Part shown: positions 7,924 through 16,929 of the stretch, piece by piece
How positions within the stretch are numbered: position 1 is the first letter of the stretch
How the letters are laid out: each line of letters begins with the position of its first letter
Assembly (NCBI RefSeq): GCF_001457595.1
Contig: NZ_LN831039.1
Span: forward strand, 6,510,001 to 6,542,000
Reading direction: 5' to 3'
Source of the DNA: Mycolicibacterium smegmatis
GTDB lineage: Bacteria; Actinomycetota; Actinomycetes; Mycobacteriales; Mycobacteriaceae
DNA length: 32,000 nt
Made by a program: the position numbers and the translations under genes
Notes under the pieces: model-generated
Told to the model about the DNA's origin: nothing
What the model saw: the letters and a program-made list of their open reading frames with translations, nothing else
Database searches by the model: none

Positions 7924-9039
7924 TCAGGGCATGAAGCGCGACGCGCTGCTGCGCACCACAACACCTGCCTTCGCCTGCCGGTAGCCGACCAGTCCGCCCA
8001 GCCCGGTGAGGCCGAGCAGGCCCGCCGTCCCCGGAACCGCGACCGCCACGATGTCGAAAACCTCGGCGGTACGCAGGTAGTCGGTGTAACCGGCCCGGAA
8101 GGACGCGGGCGGCGCGCCCGCGTCGAGTGCCCCGACCGCCTGCGGTTGGCCGGTGGCCGGTGTCTGGAATTTCAGCGTCGGCGTCGCCGCGGGCCTGCGC
8201 GGTTCGGTACCGCCCGGACCGCCGCCGCCGTCCGGCTGCGGGGCGGCAAGTGCCGGAGGCACGATGACCGGCGCGACGACGACGGGCAGCAGCACCGGCG
8301 GCGCGACGGCCTCGGCGGCCGCGCCTGGCGGTTCTGCGGCGGCCCCGCCGCCGGAGTTCTGGACCACCCGGGGTCCCGGCAATTGCATGTCCGGGACCTG
8401 AGGCCGGGGAACCTCGGGCGCCTCGTTCGGACCGACGCCGTTGCCACCGCCGACATCGACACCACCGGGGATCACGGTCGTGGTCGGTGTCGGGCTCGTC
8501 GGCTCGGTCGGTTCGGTGGGTTCCGTGGGCTCGGTCGGCTTGGTGGGTTTCGTGGGCTTGGTGGGCTTGGTCGGCCAGTGCCCGTGATGCGGCGGCCACC
8601 CGGGCCAGCCCGGCCACCCAGGTGGCCGGGTCGGTCGCGTATGGGACGGCCGGGTGGGCGTGTGGCTGGGATCGGTTTGCTGCGGCGGGTCGGGATGACC
8701 GGTCTTGGTCGGATGCCCGTGGCCGGGTCGCGGTGGGCCCGGCCGGGGCGGCTTGCCGGGGTGTCTGGTGCCGGTGTGCATGGGTGGGCGGGAGTGCCCG
8801 TGCGTCGGAGCCTGGCCGGTGTGGCCGGGACCGCCGGGACGCGGCGACGGGCGCTGCCCGTGGGTACCGCGCGGTCCGGCGACCTGCGGCGCACCGCTGT
8901 CGGCTCCGGCCGGGCCCTGCCCGGCGGTGTCAGAACCGGCGTCGGGGTTGGCAAACGCCAGCGCCCCGCCGAGACCCGCCATGAACAGGCCGGAGGTGAC
9001 CAGACACGCTGATGCGGCGACGCGCACGCGCGAACGCAT
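7924..9039 (-). CDS. Secreted/anchored Pro-Gly-Thr-rich protein with C-terminal hydrophobic segment
   Basis: Signal peptide MRSRVRVAASACLVTSGLFMAGLGGALAFA, low-complexity region with KPT/EPT repeats, C-terminal VPGTAGLLGLTGLGGLVGYRQAKAGVVVRSSASRFMP. Strong SD AAGGGGGGTGAC before the ATG at 9039. Confidence 0.75.
   Translation of the reverse strand: MRSRVRVAASACLVTSGLFMAGLGGALAFANPDAGSDTAGQGPAGADSGAPQVAGPRGTHGQRPSPRPGGPGHTGQAPTHGHSRPPMHTGTRHPGKPPRPGPPRPGHGHPTKTGHPDPPQQTDPSHTPTRPSHTRPTRPPGWPGWPGWPPHHGHWPTKPTKPTKPTKPTEPTEPTEPTEPTSPTPTTTVIPGGVDVGGGNGVGPNEAPEVPRPQVPDMQLPGPRVVQNSGGGAAAEPPGAAAEAVAPPVLLPVVVAPVIVPPALAAPQPDGGGGPGGTEPRRPAATPTLKFQTPATGQPQAVGALDAGAPPASFRAGYTDYLRTAEVFDIVAVAVPGTAGLLGLTGLGGLVGYRQAKAGVVVRSSASRFMP
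8497..8574 (-). repeat. 9-nt tandem repeats encoding (K/E)PT triplets
   Basis: Encodes PTKPTKPTKPTKPTEPTEPTEPTEPTSP. The DNA is repeated ggcttggt-like 9-mers on the plus strand. Confidence 0.85.
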
Positions 9040-9250
9040 GAAGTCACCCCCCTTCGGCGCACCTGCATCGGCTTTACAGACGTCACCTGATTGTCGCACA
9101 AACGCGGGGTGCAGATTTGCTAGCTGTGATGATTCACCCACCGCCCCGCACACCGAGTCGGCAGAGCAAATCGACCGGACGATACTGTGGTTCAGCAGCA
9201 GTTCAGCGGTGCTCACCTACACACCACGAGATGACCGGGAGGCAGCCGGA

Positions 9251-9907
9251 ATGGGCCTGTTCACGCGACGCAAGAGCCGCGCAACCCGCCGCGCAGAAGC
9301 CCGTGCGATCAAGGCCAAGGCCAAGCTCGAAGCGCGGCTCGCGGCAAAGAACGAAGCCCGGCGCATCAAAGCCGACCGCAAGGCCGAGCAGAAGGCGCTC
9401 AAAGCCCAGCTCAGGGCACAGCGCGATACCGACCGCAACGCTCTCAAGATCGCGGAGACGCAGCTGCGCGCGGCGCGCGAAGGCAAGTTGCTCTCGCCGA
9501 CGCGCGTGCGCCGCCTGCTGACCGTCACCCGTTTGCTGGCGCCGGTTCTGGTGCCCGTGGTGTACCGCGCCGCGATCGCCGCGCGCGGCGCGATCGACGA
9601 GCGCCGGGCCGATCAGCTCGGCGTGCCACTGAGCCAGCTCGGCCAGTTCTCCGGACACGGCGCGCAGCTGTCGGCGCGCATCGCCGGGGCCGAGCAGACA
9701 CTGCGGCTGGTCGCCGAGAAGAAGCCGAAAGACGCCGAGACCAAGCAGTTCGTCGCGGCGATCAACGACCGGCTCACCGACCTCGCGGCCGCGGTCACCG
9801 CCGCCGAGAACATGCCGTCGGCGCGCAGGCGCGGCGCCCATGCGGCCATCTCCGCGCAGCTCGACGGCATCGACGCCGACCTGATGGCCCGGTTGGGCCT
9901 GGTCTGA
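9251..9907 (+). CDS. Conserved mycobacterial protein, basic coiled-coil N-terminus (Rv3850-like)
   Basis: MGLFTRRKSRATRRAEARAIKAKAKLEARLAAKNEARRIKADRKAEQKALKAQ...; start trimmed from 8705. Confidence 0.8.
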   Translation: MGLFTRRKSRATRRAEARAIKAKAKLEARLAAKNEARRIKADRKAEQKALKAQLRAQRDTDRNALKIAETQLRAAREGKLLSPTRVRRLLTVTRLLAPVLVPVVYRAAIAARGAIDERRADQLGVPLSQLGQFSGHGAQLSARIAGAEQTLRLVAEKKPKDAETKQFVAAINDRLTDLAAAVTAAENMPSARRRGAHAAISAQLDGIDADLMARLGLV

Positions 9908-9914
9908 TCCGTCC

Positions 9915-10448
9915 ATGACCGACGTCCGACGCGATCCCGCCGCCTTGCTGCGCGGAGCGGCCGTCGGACTGCTCACCCCTGCTCTGGCGTTCGCCGCGCA
10001 CGGCGCCGCCGGTGGCGCGCTGGTGGGCGGCGCCGTGCTCGTGCAACTCGCGGTCCTCGCGCTGACGCTGGGTGCCGTGGCCGCGACGGCCCGTGCCGCG
10101 GGCCGCACCTGGGTCTTGTGGGTCCTGCTCGGCACGGGGCAACTACTGTCGCACCTGTTGCTCACCTCAGCGGGCCATCTGCACGGCGTCGACGCGGTGC
10201 GGCCCGGGGTCGTCATGCTGCCTGCGCACGCCGCGGCGGTGTGGCTCGGCGCGCTGCTCATCGCGGGCGGCGCGCGGTTGTGCTCCGTGGTCTCTCGCGC
10301 CGTGCGGGTGCCCGCGGCGCCCGCACACGTGCTGCCGGCGCCCGAGACACCACGGACCGTCGTCGGAAGCGATCAACCGACCCAGTCGGCACGGTTCCTG
10401 GCTGCGTCCATTTCGCACAGAGGTCCACCGGTCGGCGCCACCGCCTGA
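9915..10448 (+). CDS. Small integral membrane protein (Rv3851-like position, adjacent to copC/copD)
   Basis: Four hydrophobic segments (GLLTPALAFAAHGAAG..., LAVLALTLGAVAA, WVLWVLLGTGQLLSHLLL, AVWLGALLIAGGA); starts 8 bp after the upstream gene. Confidence 0.65.
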   Translation: MTDVRRDPAALLRGAAVGLLTPALAFAAHGAAGGALVGGAVLVQLAVLALTLGAVAATARAAGRTWVLWVLLGTGQLLSHLLLTSAGHLHGVDAVRPGVVMLPAHAAAVWLGALLIAGGARLCSVVSRAVRVPAAPAHVLPAPETPRTVVGSDQPTQSARFLAASISHRGPPVGATA

Positions 10449-10484
10449 CCTGTCCACGACCCCTCTGACGAAAGACCGACATCG

Positions 10485-11036
10485 ATGACACCCCTTCACG
10501 GGGCGCGTTCGCGCGTCCTGACGCGACTTCTCTCCTTTGCACTGACAGCACTCACCCTGGTCTCGGCGTCGCTGGCCGGGGCAGGCGCGGCATCGGCCCA
10601 CGCCGCCCTGATCTCCACCGATCCCGCCGAGAACACGACGCTGACCGAGTCCCCGCAGCGGGTCAGCGCGACGTTCAACGAACCCATGCAGCAGGCGTTT
10701 GCGGCCATGACCGTCGTCGGCCCAGACGGCAACCTGTGGTCGACCGACGACCCGCAGGTCGAGGGCACGGTCGTGAGCGTCGGTGTCCGGCCGCTCGGAC
10801 CCGCGGGCACCTACACCGTCAACTACCGGGCCACCTCGGCCGACGGACATGTGGTGTCGGGATCGTGGTCGTTCGACCTGACCGTGGCAGGACCTGGCAC
10901 GCCCGGTCCCACCGTCGCCCCCGCGCCTGCGCCAGCGGCGAGCGAGGACGACGGACTGCCCGTGTGGCCGTTCGTGCTCGCGGCCGTCGTGATAGTCGGT
11001 GGCGGAGCCTGGTGGGCCCTGCGGCGCCGGGCGTAA
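10485..11036 (+). CDS. copC: Copper resistance protein CopC/YobA-like
   Basis: Signal peptide then AHAALISTDPAENTTLTESPQRVSATFNEPMQQAFAAMTVVGPDGN...YTVNYRATSADGHVVSGSWSFDLTV, plus a C-terminal TM helix. Confidence 0.9.
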   Translation: MTPLHGARSRVLTRLLSFALTALTLVSASLAGAGAASAHAALISTDPAENTTLTESPQRVSATFNEPMQQAFAAMTVVGPDGNLWSTDDPQVEGTVVSVGVRPLGPAGTYTVNYRATSADGHVVSGSWSFDLTVAGPGTPGPTVAPAPAPAASEDDGLPVWPFVLAAVVIVGGGAWWALRRRA

Positions 11037-11047
11037 CCCGCCGCACG

Positions 11048-11977
11048 ATGGCGGGCGGCGTCCTGGTGATCGCCGCATCGGCCGTCACCGCGTGGGCGCT
11101 GGCCTTCCCTCACACGCCGATCATCGGCGCGGCCGTGCGCGCGCTGGCCGATGCCGCGGCGGTCGCGACGCTCGGACTGGCCGCGGTCCCGATGCTCGAC
11201 CAGGCACGTCACCGCGCCGACGTCGCCCGCGTTGCCGCGACACCGCTCGCCGTGACCGCCGCGGTGTGGGCGCTGGCCGAGTTGGTCCGCCTGGTCACCG
11301 ACGCCGCGCTGGCCGCGGGTCTTTCGGTGCGGCACATCGGTGTGCGCACTGTGGCCGACTTCGGTTGGTACACCACCGTCGGGCGCTCCGGTCTGGTCAG
11401 CATCGTCGCCGCCGTGGCGGTCTGCGGTGTCGCGTCGGCGACGCAGCGTCCGGCCCGGTTCTCTGTGGTGTCCGGGCCGTCGGCGATGCTCGCGACGGTC
11501 GGCATCTCCGCGGCCGGGATGGCCGCCCGGACTCTGGCCGGTCACCTCTCGGAGAGCCCGCTCGGCGGCCTGGCCGTAGCCGTGCACGCGCTCGCCGCCG
11601 CGCTGTGGTGCGGGTTGCTGGCGGCTCTCGTGGTCACCGTGACCCATCGGGGTCAGTGGGCGCGCGTGCTTCCGCGGTTCTCCCAGTTGTCGCTGGGCTG
11701 CGTCGCGGTGCTGCTGGTGGCCGGCGTCGTCGGTGCGCTGGTCCGGTTGCAGTCCCCCGCTGACCTCGTCGTGACCGGGTACGGCCGGCTGTTGTCGGCG
11801 AAGATGCTGGTGACGGCCGGATTGTTGGTCCTGGCCTGGCGGAACCGGTCCGGCTGGCTGCCCGCGGCGCGGGCGCACCGCAGCAGTGCGGGGTTGTCGC
11901 AGCGACGATCACTCGTCGAACTGGGGGCCATGGCCGTCGTGGTGACGTTCGCGGCCGCTCTGGCCGTCACGGGGTGA
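11048..11977 (+). CDS. copD: CopD-family copper export/uptake membrane protein
   Basis: Polytopic membrane protein directly downstream of copC, with [64 protein letters not shown]. Start chosen at the ATG at 11048. Confidence 0.75.
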   Translation: MAGGVLVIAASAVTAWALAFPHTPIIGAAVRALADAAAVATLGLAAVPMLDQARHRADVARVAATPLAVTAAVWALAELVRLVTDAALAAGLSVRHIGVRTVADFGWYTTVGRSGLVSIVAAVAVCGVASATQRPARFSVVSGPSAMLATVGISAAGMAARTLAGHLSESPLGGLAVAVHALAAALWCGLLAALVVTVTHRGQWARVLPRFSQLSLGCVAVLLVAGVVGALVRLQSPADLVVTGYGRLLSAKMLVTAGLLVLAWRNRSGWLPAARAHRSSAGLSQRRSLVELGAMAVVVTFAAALAVTG

Positions 11978-12067
11978 CGATCTGACCGCCTGGCATGATG
12001 GGAACGACTGCCGGCCACATCCCACCGCGCTGGCGCGGATACGACACACCCCATAGGAGCAGCCAGA

Positions 12068-12556
12068 ATGGCAGAGCAGCAGGACCGTCCCACCGAGAAT
12101 CCACAGACGCCCTCGGGGGACTCGGCAGCCGGCGCATCGGGCTCCGGCGACAATTCTGCTCCCGCCAAGAAGGCACCGGCCAAGAAAGCGCCGGCCAAGA
12201 AAGCGCCGGCCAAGAAGGCACCGGCGAAGAAGGCCCCGGCCAAGGCCGCCAAGAAAGCACCCGCCAAGAAGGCACCGGCGAAAAAGGCACCGGCCAAGAA
12301 GGCCGAGCCCGCCGCGCCCGCGCCGGTCGAGAAGCCCACCGCAGCACCCGTCGACGAGATCGCGGCGGCCGCGGAAGAGGTTGCCGCACAAGCCAAGTCG
12401 ACTGTGGAGGCCGCACCCAACCCGGTGTCGGGCCCGGTGCCCGTCCCGGTCGAGGAGCATCACTCCACGCGCTTCCCGGTGGGACCCACCATCGCGGCCG
12501 CGGTCATGATCGTGCTGCTGGTGCTCGCGGCGCGGCGCCGCGGAGCGCAGGACTGA
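12068..12556 (+). CDS. Lysine/alanine/proline repeat protein with C-terminal TM helix (Rv3852 Hns-like)
   Basis: (APAKK)n histone-H1-like tail, [15 protein letters not shown], terminal [23 protein letters not shown]. Syntenic with Rv3852, immediately before rraA. Confidence 0.85.
   Translation: MAEQQDRPTENPQTPSGDSAAGASGSGDNSAPAKKAPAKKAPAKKAPAKKAPAKKAPAKAAKKAPAKKAPAKKAPAKKAEPAAPAPVEKPTAAPVDEIAAAAEEVAAQAKSTVEAAPNPVSGPVPVPVEEHHSTRFPVGPTIAAAVMIVLLVLAARRRGAQD
12161..12302 (+). repeat. 15-nt tandem repeats encoding APAKK
   Basis: Repeated gcaccggccaagaag-type units with third-position variation. Confidence 0.85.
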
Positions 12557-12585
12557 CGCCGCGGGCGGCCTGAAATAATCGCGGG

Positions 12586-13065
12586 GTGAGTATCGAACCG
12601 CGCGCCACCGCCGACCTCGTCGACGAGATCTATCCCGACGTCCGCAGCTGTGACCTGCAATTGCAGAACTACGGCGGCAAGATCATGTTCGCAGGCCCGG
12701 TCACCACGGTGCGCTGCTTCCAGGACAACGCGCTGCTGAAGTCGATCCTCTCGACGCCGGGTGAGGGCGGGGTGCTCGTGGTCGACGGCGCCGGTTCCCT
12801 GCACACCGCGCTCGTCGGCGACGTCATCGCCGGTCTGGCGGCCGACAACGGCTGGTCCGGTGTGATCGTCAACGGTGCGGTGCGCGACGCCGCCGCGCTG
12901 CGCACCATCGACGTCGGTATCAAGGCACTCGGCACCAACCCCCGCAAGGGCACCAAGACCGGCGAGGGCGAGCGCGATGTCGAGGTCAGCTTCGGCGGCG
13001 TGACCTTCACCCCCGGCGACATCGCCTACTGCGACGAGGACGGCATCGTCGTCGTCACCCCCTGA
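12586..13065 (+). CDS. rraA: RraA-family protein (regulator of RNase E activity A / MenG-annotated)
   Basis: [25 protein letters not shown]...[60 protein letters not shown]. Confidence 0.93.
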   Translation: MSIEPRATADLVDEIYPDVRSCDLQLQNYGGKIMFAGPVTTVRCFQDNALLKSILSTPGEGGVLVVDGAGSLHTALVGDVIAGLAADNGWSGVIVNGAVRDAAALRTIDVGIKALGTNPRKGTKTGEGERDVEVSFGGVTFTPGDIAYCDEDGIVVVTP

Positions 13066-13082
13066 TCTTCCTGCACACGCAG

Positions 13083-13116
13083 AACTGCCCCCTTCCCGTG
13101 CGGGAAAGGGGCAGTT
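13083..13116. terminator. Bidirectional terminator hairpin between rraA and ethA
   Basis: AACTGCCCCCTTCCCG-TG-CGGGAAAGGGGCAGTT; 16-bp stem with one mismatch. Confidence 0.75.
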
Positions 13117-13128
13117 TCCGTATCTGCT

Positions 13129-14607
13129 CTACGACGACGAAGCCGAGACTGCCGCACGGTGTTTCGTGAAGTGCAGCGATTCCTCGTCGACCTTGTCGTA
13201 GCGGATCATGCGCAGATCGAAGAAGTAGTTCTGCTTGAGCCGCCACGGGGCGCGCGACCCGGACTTGGGCAGGCTGTCCATGGCGCGGCGGAAGTAGCCC
13301 GGGTTGAAGTCCATGAACGGCAGCGCGTCGACGGCGTCGCCGGGATGCTGGGGTTCGACACGGTCGAATCCGTTGTCGTCCATGTAGTTCAGCACGCGGC
13401 AGATGAACTCCGACACCAGATCGGCCTTCAGCGTCCACGACGCGTTGGTGTAGCCGAAGGTGATCGCCATGTTCGGCACACCCGAGAGCATCAGACCCTT
13501 GTAGGTCATGGTCTCGGTGAGATCGACCTCCTGCCCGTTGCGGGTCAAGCTCGCGCCGCCGAACAGCTGCATGTTCAAACCCGTTGCGGTGATGATGATG
13601 TCGGCCGTGAGCTCCTCACCTGAGGTCAGCTTGATGCCGGTCTCGGTGAACTTCGCGATCGTGTCGGTGACCACGTCGGCCTTGCCGGCACGGATGGTCT
13701 TGAACAGATCGCCGTTGGGCGCCAGGCACAGTCGCTCGTCCCACGGGTTGTAGCGCGGGCCGAAGTGCTTCTGCACGTCGAAACCCTCGGGCAACCTGCG
13801 CTGGGCCATGGTCATCAGCGTCTTGCGCATGTAGTTGGGGAACTTGCGCGCCAGTTGATACTGCGCGGTGCTGAATGCAATGGCCTTCCAGCGGTTCACG
13901 AAGTGCGCGAGGTTCTTGGGCAGGTATTTGTTGGTCTTCTCGGCGACCGGGTCCACCAGCGGCAGCGACCCGATGTAGGTCGGTGACCGCTGCAGCATCG
14001 TGACGTGCGCGGCCCCGCCGTTCACCAGTGACGGGATCAGCGTCACGGCCGTGGCGCCCGAGCCGATGACGACGATCTTCTTGCCGGCGTAGTCGAGGTC
14101 CTCGGGCCAGTGCTGCGGGTGGATGATCTGCCCCGCGAAGTCGTCGGCGCCGGGGAACTCCGGCGAGTAGCCCTGGTCGTAGTTGTAGTAGCCGCTGCAC
14201 ACGGACAAAAACGACGCGGTGATCTGCTTCTGCTCGCCGTCGGCCTCGACGGTGATGGTCCAGCGGTTCTCGGCGTCCGACCAGTCGGCGCCCAGCACCC
14301 GGTGGTTGGTCCGGATGTGTTTGTCGATGCCGTTTTCCTGCGCGGCCTCGTTGATGTAGTTCCAGATCGACGGACCGTCGGCGATCGACTTGGCCGACGT
14401 CCACGGCTTGAACCGGAAGCCCAGGGTGAACATGTCGGAGTCGGAGCGGATGCCCGGGTATTTGAACAGGTCCCACGTGCCGCCGATGTTGGCGCGGCGC
14501 TCCAGGATCACGTAGCTCTTCGTCGGGCAGCGGTCCTGGAGGTGCCAGGCCGTGCTGATGCCGGAGATCCCTGCACCGACGATCACGACGTCGAAGTGTT
14601 CGGTCAT
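13129..14607 (-). CDS. ethA: FAD-containing Baeyer-Villiger-type monooxygenase EthA
   Basis: VVIVGAGISGISTAWHL, ERRANIGGTWDLFKYPGIRSDSDMFTLGF, IVVIGSGATAVTLIP; divergent to ethR. Confidence 0.95.
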   Translation of the reverse strand: MTEHFDVVIVGAGISGISTAWHLQDRCPTKSYVILERRANIGGTWDLFKYPGIRSDSDMFTLGFRFKPWTSAKSIADGPSIWNYINEAAQENGIDKHIRTNHRVLGADWSDAENRWTITVEADGEQKQITASFLSVCSGYYNYDQGYSPEFPGADDFAGQIIHPQHWPEDLDYAGKKIVVIGSGATAVTLIPSLVNGGAAHVTMLQRSPTYIGSLPLVDPVAEKTNKYLPKNLAHFVNRWKAIAFSTAQYQLARKFPNYMRKTLMTMAQRRLPEGFDVQKHFGPRYNPWDERLCLAPNGDLFKTIRAGKADVVTDTIAKFTETGIKLTSGEELTADIIITATGLNMQLFGGASLTRNGQEVDLTETMTYKGLMLSGVPNMAITFGYTNASWTLKADLVSEFICRVLNYMDDNGFDRVEPQHPGDAVDALPFMDFNPGYFRRAMDSLPKSGSRAPWRLKQNYFFDLRMIRYDKVDEESLHFTKHRAAVSASSS

Positions 14608-14620
14608 GGGACCGACGGTA

Positions 14621-14675
14621 TCAACGCAGTGTTGATGCGGTCAACAGTGTGTTGATATTTTCGACGCGGTGTTAA
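14621..14675. promoter_or_regulatory. EthR operator: three 15-bp units at 20-bp period
   Basis: TCAACGCAGTGTTGA (14621-14635), TCAACAGTGTGTTGA (14641-14655), TCGACGCGGTGTTAA (14661-14675). Confidence 0.8.
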
Positions 14676-14685
14676 GCTACTGGTC

Positions 14686-15339
14686 GTGACCACCGCCAGT
14701 CAGACTCGTACGCCCCGCGGCCGCCGTTCGGCGCGCCCGTCGGGTGACGACCGGGAAGCTGCGATCCTGGCGACGGCCCAACGCCTGCTGGAGACCAAGA
14801 AGTTCGCCGAGATCTCCGTCGATGACCTGGCCAAAGGCGCCGGGATCTCGCGGCCGACGTTCTACTTCTATTTCCCGTCGAAGGAAGCGGTGCTGTTGTC
14901 GCTGATCGATCCGCTGATCAAGCGGGCCGACTCGGGCTTCGACAACGCCGTGGAGAGCATGCCCGCCGACCCGCAGCGGGCGATCCGTCGCGGCATCGAG
15001 ATCTTCTTCAACTCGTTCGGGTCCCACCCCGCCACGGCCCGGGCGGGTACCGAAGCCCTCAAGAGCAGTCCGGAATTCAAGGAATTCTGGTCGGGCCTGA
15101 TGCAGAAGTGGATCGCGGCGACCGCGGCGCTGATCACGGCCGAACGCGAGCGTGGCGCGGCGCCGGACACCATCCCGGCGCTCGACCTGGCGACGTCTCT
15201 GAACCTGATGAATGAGCGGACCATGATGGCGGCGCTGGCCGACGAGCAACCCGGGGTCGCACCCGAGAAGGTCGTCGCCACCCTCACCCACATCTGGCTC
15301 AACAGCATCTACGGCACCTTGCCCGTCGGGACGGCGTAG
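14686..15339 (+). CDS. ethR: TetR-family repressor EthR
   Basis: Protein has REAAILATAQRLLETKKFAEISVDDLAKGAGISRPTFYFYFPSKEAVLLSL; divergently paired with ethA. Confidence 0.95.
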   Translation: MTTASQTRTPRGRRSARPSGDDREAAILATAQRLLETKKFAEISVDDLAKGAGISRPTFYFYFPSKEAVLLSLIDPLIKRADSGFDNAVESMPADPQRAIRRGIEIFFNSFGSHPATARAGTEALKSSPEFKEFWSGLMQKWIAATAALITAERERGAAPDTIPALDLATSLNLMNERTMMAALADEQPGVAPEKVVATLTHIWLNSIYGTLPVGTA

Positions 15340-15368
15340 CCGCCTCTCGCATCTGTCGCCCCTCGATG

Positions 15369-15382
15369 CGAACATATGTTCG
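15369..15382. promoter_or_regulatory. LexA/SOS-box-like palindrome at the start of dinB
   Basis: CGAACATATGTTCG, a perfect 14-bp palindrome matching the core of the mycobacterial SOS box (CGAAC-N4-GTTCG). Confidence 0.6.
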
Positions 15383-16587
15383 TGTCCGCTGCGGAATCCG
15401 CGAGCATCCTGCACGCTGACCTCGACTCGTTCTACGCCTCGGTCGAGCAGCGCGACGATCCGGCGCTGCGCGGACGCCCGGTGATCGTCGGCGGCGGTGT
15501 GGTGCTGGCGGCCAGTTACGAGGCCAAGGCTTACGGCGTCCGCACCGCGATGAGCGGCGGCCAGGCCCGGGCCCTGTGCCCGCAGGCCATTGTGGTCCCG
15601 CCGCGCATGGCGGCCTACACACAGGCCAGCCGCGATGTGTTCGCGGTCTTCCACGACACCACCCCGCTGGTGGAACCGCTGTCGGTCGATGAGGCGTTCC
15701 TCGACGTATCCGGGCTGGCCCGGGTGTCGGGCACGCCGGTGGAGATCGCCGCGCGCCTGCGCGCACGGGTCCGCGAGCAGGTCGGGCTGCCCATCACCGT
15801 CGGCATCGCGCGCACCAAGTTCCTGGCCAAGGTCGCCAGCCAGGAGGGCAAGCCCGACGGGTTGCTCCTGGTGCCACCCGACCGGGAACTGGCGTTTTTG
15901 CATCCGCTTCCCGTGCGTCGGCTGTGGGGTGTCGGCGCCAAGACCGCCGAGAAACTGCGCGCCCACGGCATCGAGACGGTGGCCGATGTCGCCGAACTGT
16001 CCGAGGCCACATTGGGCAGCATGGTCGGCGGCGCGATGGGACGTCAGCTTTTCACGTTGTCGCGCAACATCGATCGCCGCCGGGTCACCACAGGGGTACG
16101 ACGCAGTTCGGTCGGCGCTCAGCGCGCGCTGGGCCGGCGCGGCAACTCCATGTCCGCCGCCGAGGTCGACGCCGTCGTGGTCAACCTGGTCGACCGCATC
16201 ACCCGGCGCATGCGCGCCGCGGGACGCACCGGCCGCACTGTGGTGCTGCGCCTGCGGTTCGACGACTTCGGCCGCGCCACCCGGTCACACACCATGCCGC
16301 GGGCCACCGCATCGACCGACGTGATCCTCTGCGCCGCACGCGAACTCGTGGCCGCAGCCGCACCGCTGATCGCCGAACGCGGGCTCACGCTCATCGGGTT
16401 CGCGGTGTCCAACATCGACCGTGGCGGCACCCAACAACTGGAACTGCCGTTCGCCGAACAACCGGATCCGGTCGCGATCGATTCGGCCATCGATCAGGTG
16501 CGGCAGCGGTTCGGCAACGCCGTGCTCACCCGCGGTGTGCTGGTCGGCCGCGACCCAGGCCTGGAGATGCCCATGCTGCCGGACTGA
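15376..16587 (+). CDS. dinB: Y-family DNA polymerase IV (DinB)
   Basis: ILHADLDSFYASVEQRDDPALRGRPVIVGGG, PLSVDEAFLDVSG, and a C-terminal QLELPF beta-clamp-binding-type motif. The start could instead be GTG at 15382. Confidence 0.93.
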   Translation: MFVSAAESASILHADLDSFYASVEQRDDPALRGRPVIVGGGVVLAASYEAKAYGVRTAMSGGQARALCPQAIVVPPRMAAYTQASRDVFAVFHDTTPLVEPLSVDEAFLDVSGLARVSGTPVEIAARLRARVREQVGLPITVGIARTKFLAKVASQEGKPDGLLLVPPDRELAFLHPLPVRRLWGVGAKTAEKLRAHGIETVADVAELSEATLGSMVGGAMGRQLFTLSRNIDRRRVTTGVRRSSVGAQRALGRRGNSMSAAEVDAVVVNLVDRITRRMRAAGRTGRTVVLRLRFDDFGRATRSHTMPRATASTDVILCAARELVAAAAPLIAERGLTLIGFAVSNIDRGGTQQLELPFAEQPDPVAIDSAIDQVRQRFGNAVLTRGVLVGRDPGLEMPMLPD

Positions 16588-16644
16588 CGGATTTGAGTAG
16601 TCTCACGCATCCGGCCGCCCGCAGGTTCCGCCAGGCTCGGACGT

Positions 16645-16929
16645 ATGAACGCATTCACCGACACCACCAGGGTCACGGCCGCCTTCTTCCTCCAGGCCGC
16701 CATCGCCTTCGGCGTGAGCCTCATCGGACTACTCGGAGGGATCCTTTTCCTGCCGATCGACATGTGGCAACGGATGTTCCTCGCCATGTCCGCGCTGTTC
16801 GTCGTCACCAGCGCCTTCACGCTTGCCAAGGTGATCCGCGATCAGCACGAGGCCGCCACCATCCGCGTGCGCCTCGACGAGGCGCGCATGGAAAAGCTTC
16901 TGGCCGAACATGATCCGTTCGGCGCCTGA
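16645..16929 (+). CDS. YiaA/YiaB-like two-helix inner membrane protein
   Basis: VTAAFFLQAAIAFGVSLIGLLGGILFLPIDMWQRMFLAMSALFVVTSAFTLAKVIRD. Confidence 0.75.
   Translation: MNAFTDTTRVTAAFFLQAAIAFGVSLIGLLGGILFLPIDMWQRMFLAMSALFVVTSAFTLAKVIRDQHEAATIRVRLDEARMEKLLAEHDPFGA

Noticed and set aside
8461-8580. Possible CRISPR or satellite array from short tandem repeats
   Set aside because: The period is 9 nt, always in frame and encoding (K/E)PT. There are no spacers of 25-40 nt and no cas genes.
9915-11977. Novel metal system around copC/copD
   Set aside because: CopC, CopD and an accessory membrane protein are a known arrangement. No extra unusual component was found.
11653-12420. 255-aa minus-strand ORF rich in [12 protein letters not shown]
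   Set aside because: It is the antisense translation of the APAKK-encoding repeat array of the Rv3852-like gene, with no independent start context.
14677-15966. 429-aa minus-strand ORF opposite ethR and dinB
   Set aside because: Antisense shadow ORF caused by high GC at third positions. The plus strand carries unambiguous EthR and DinB.
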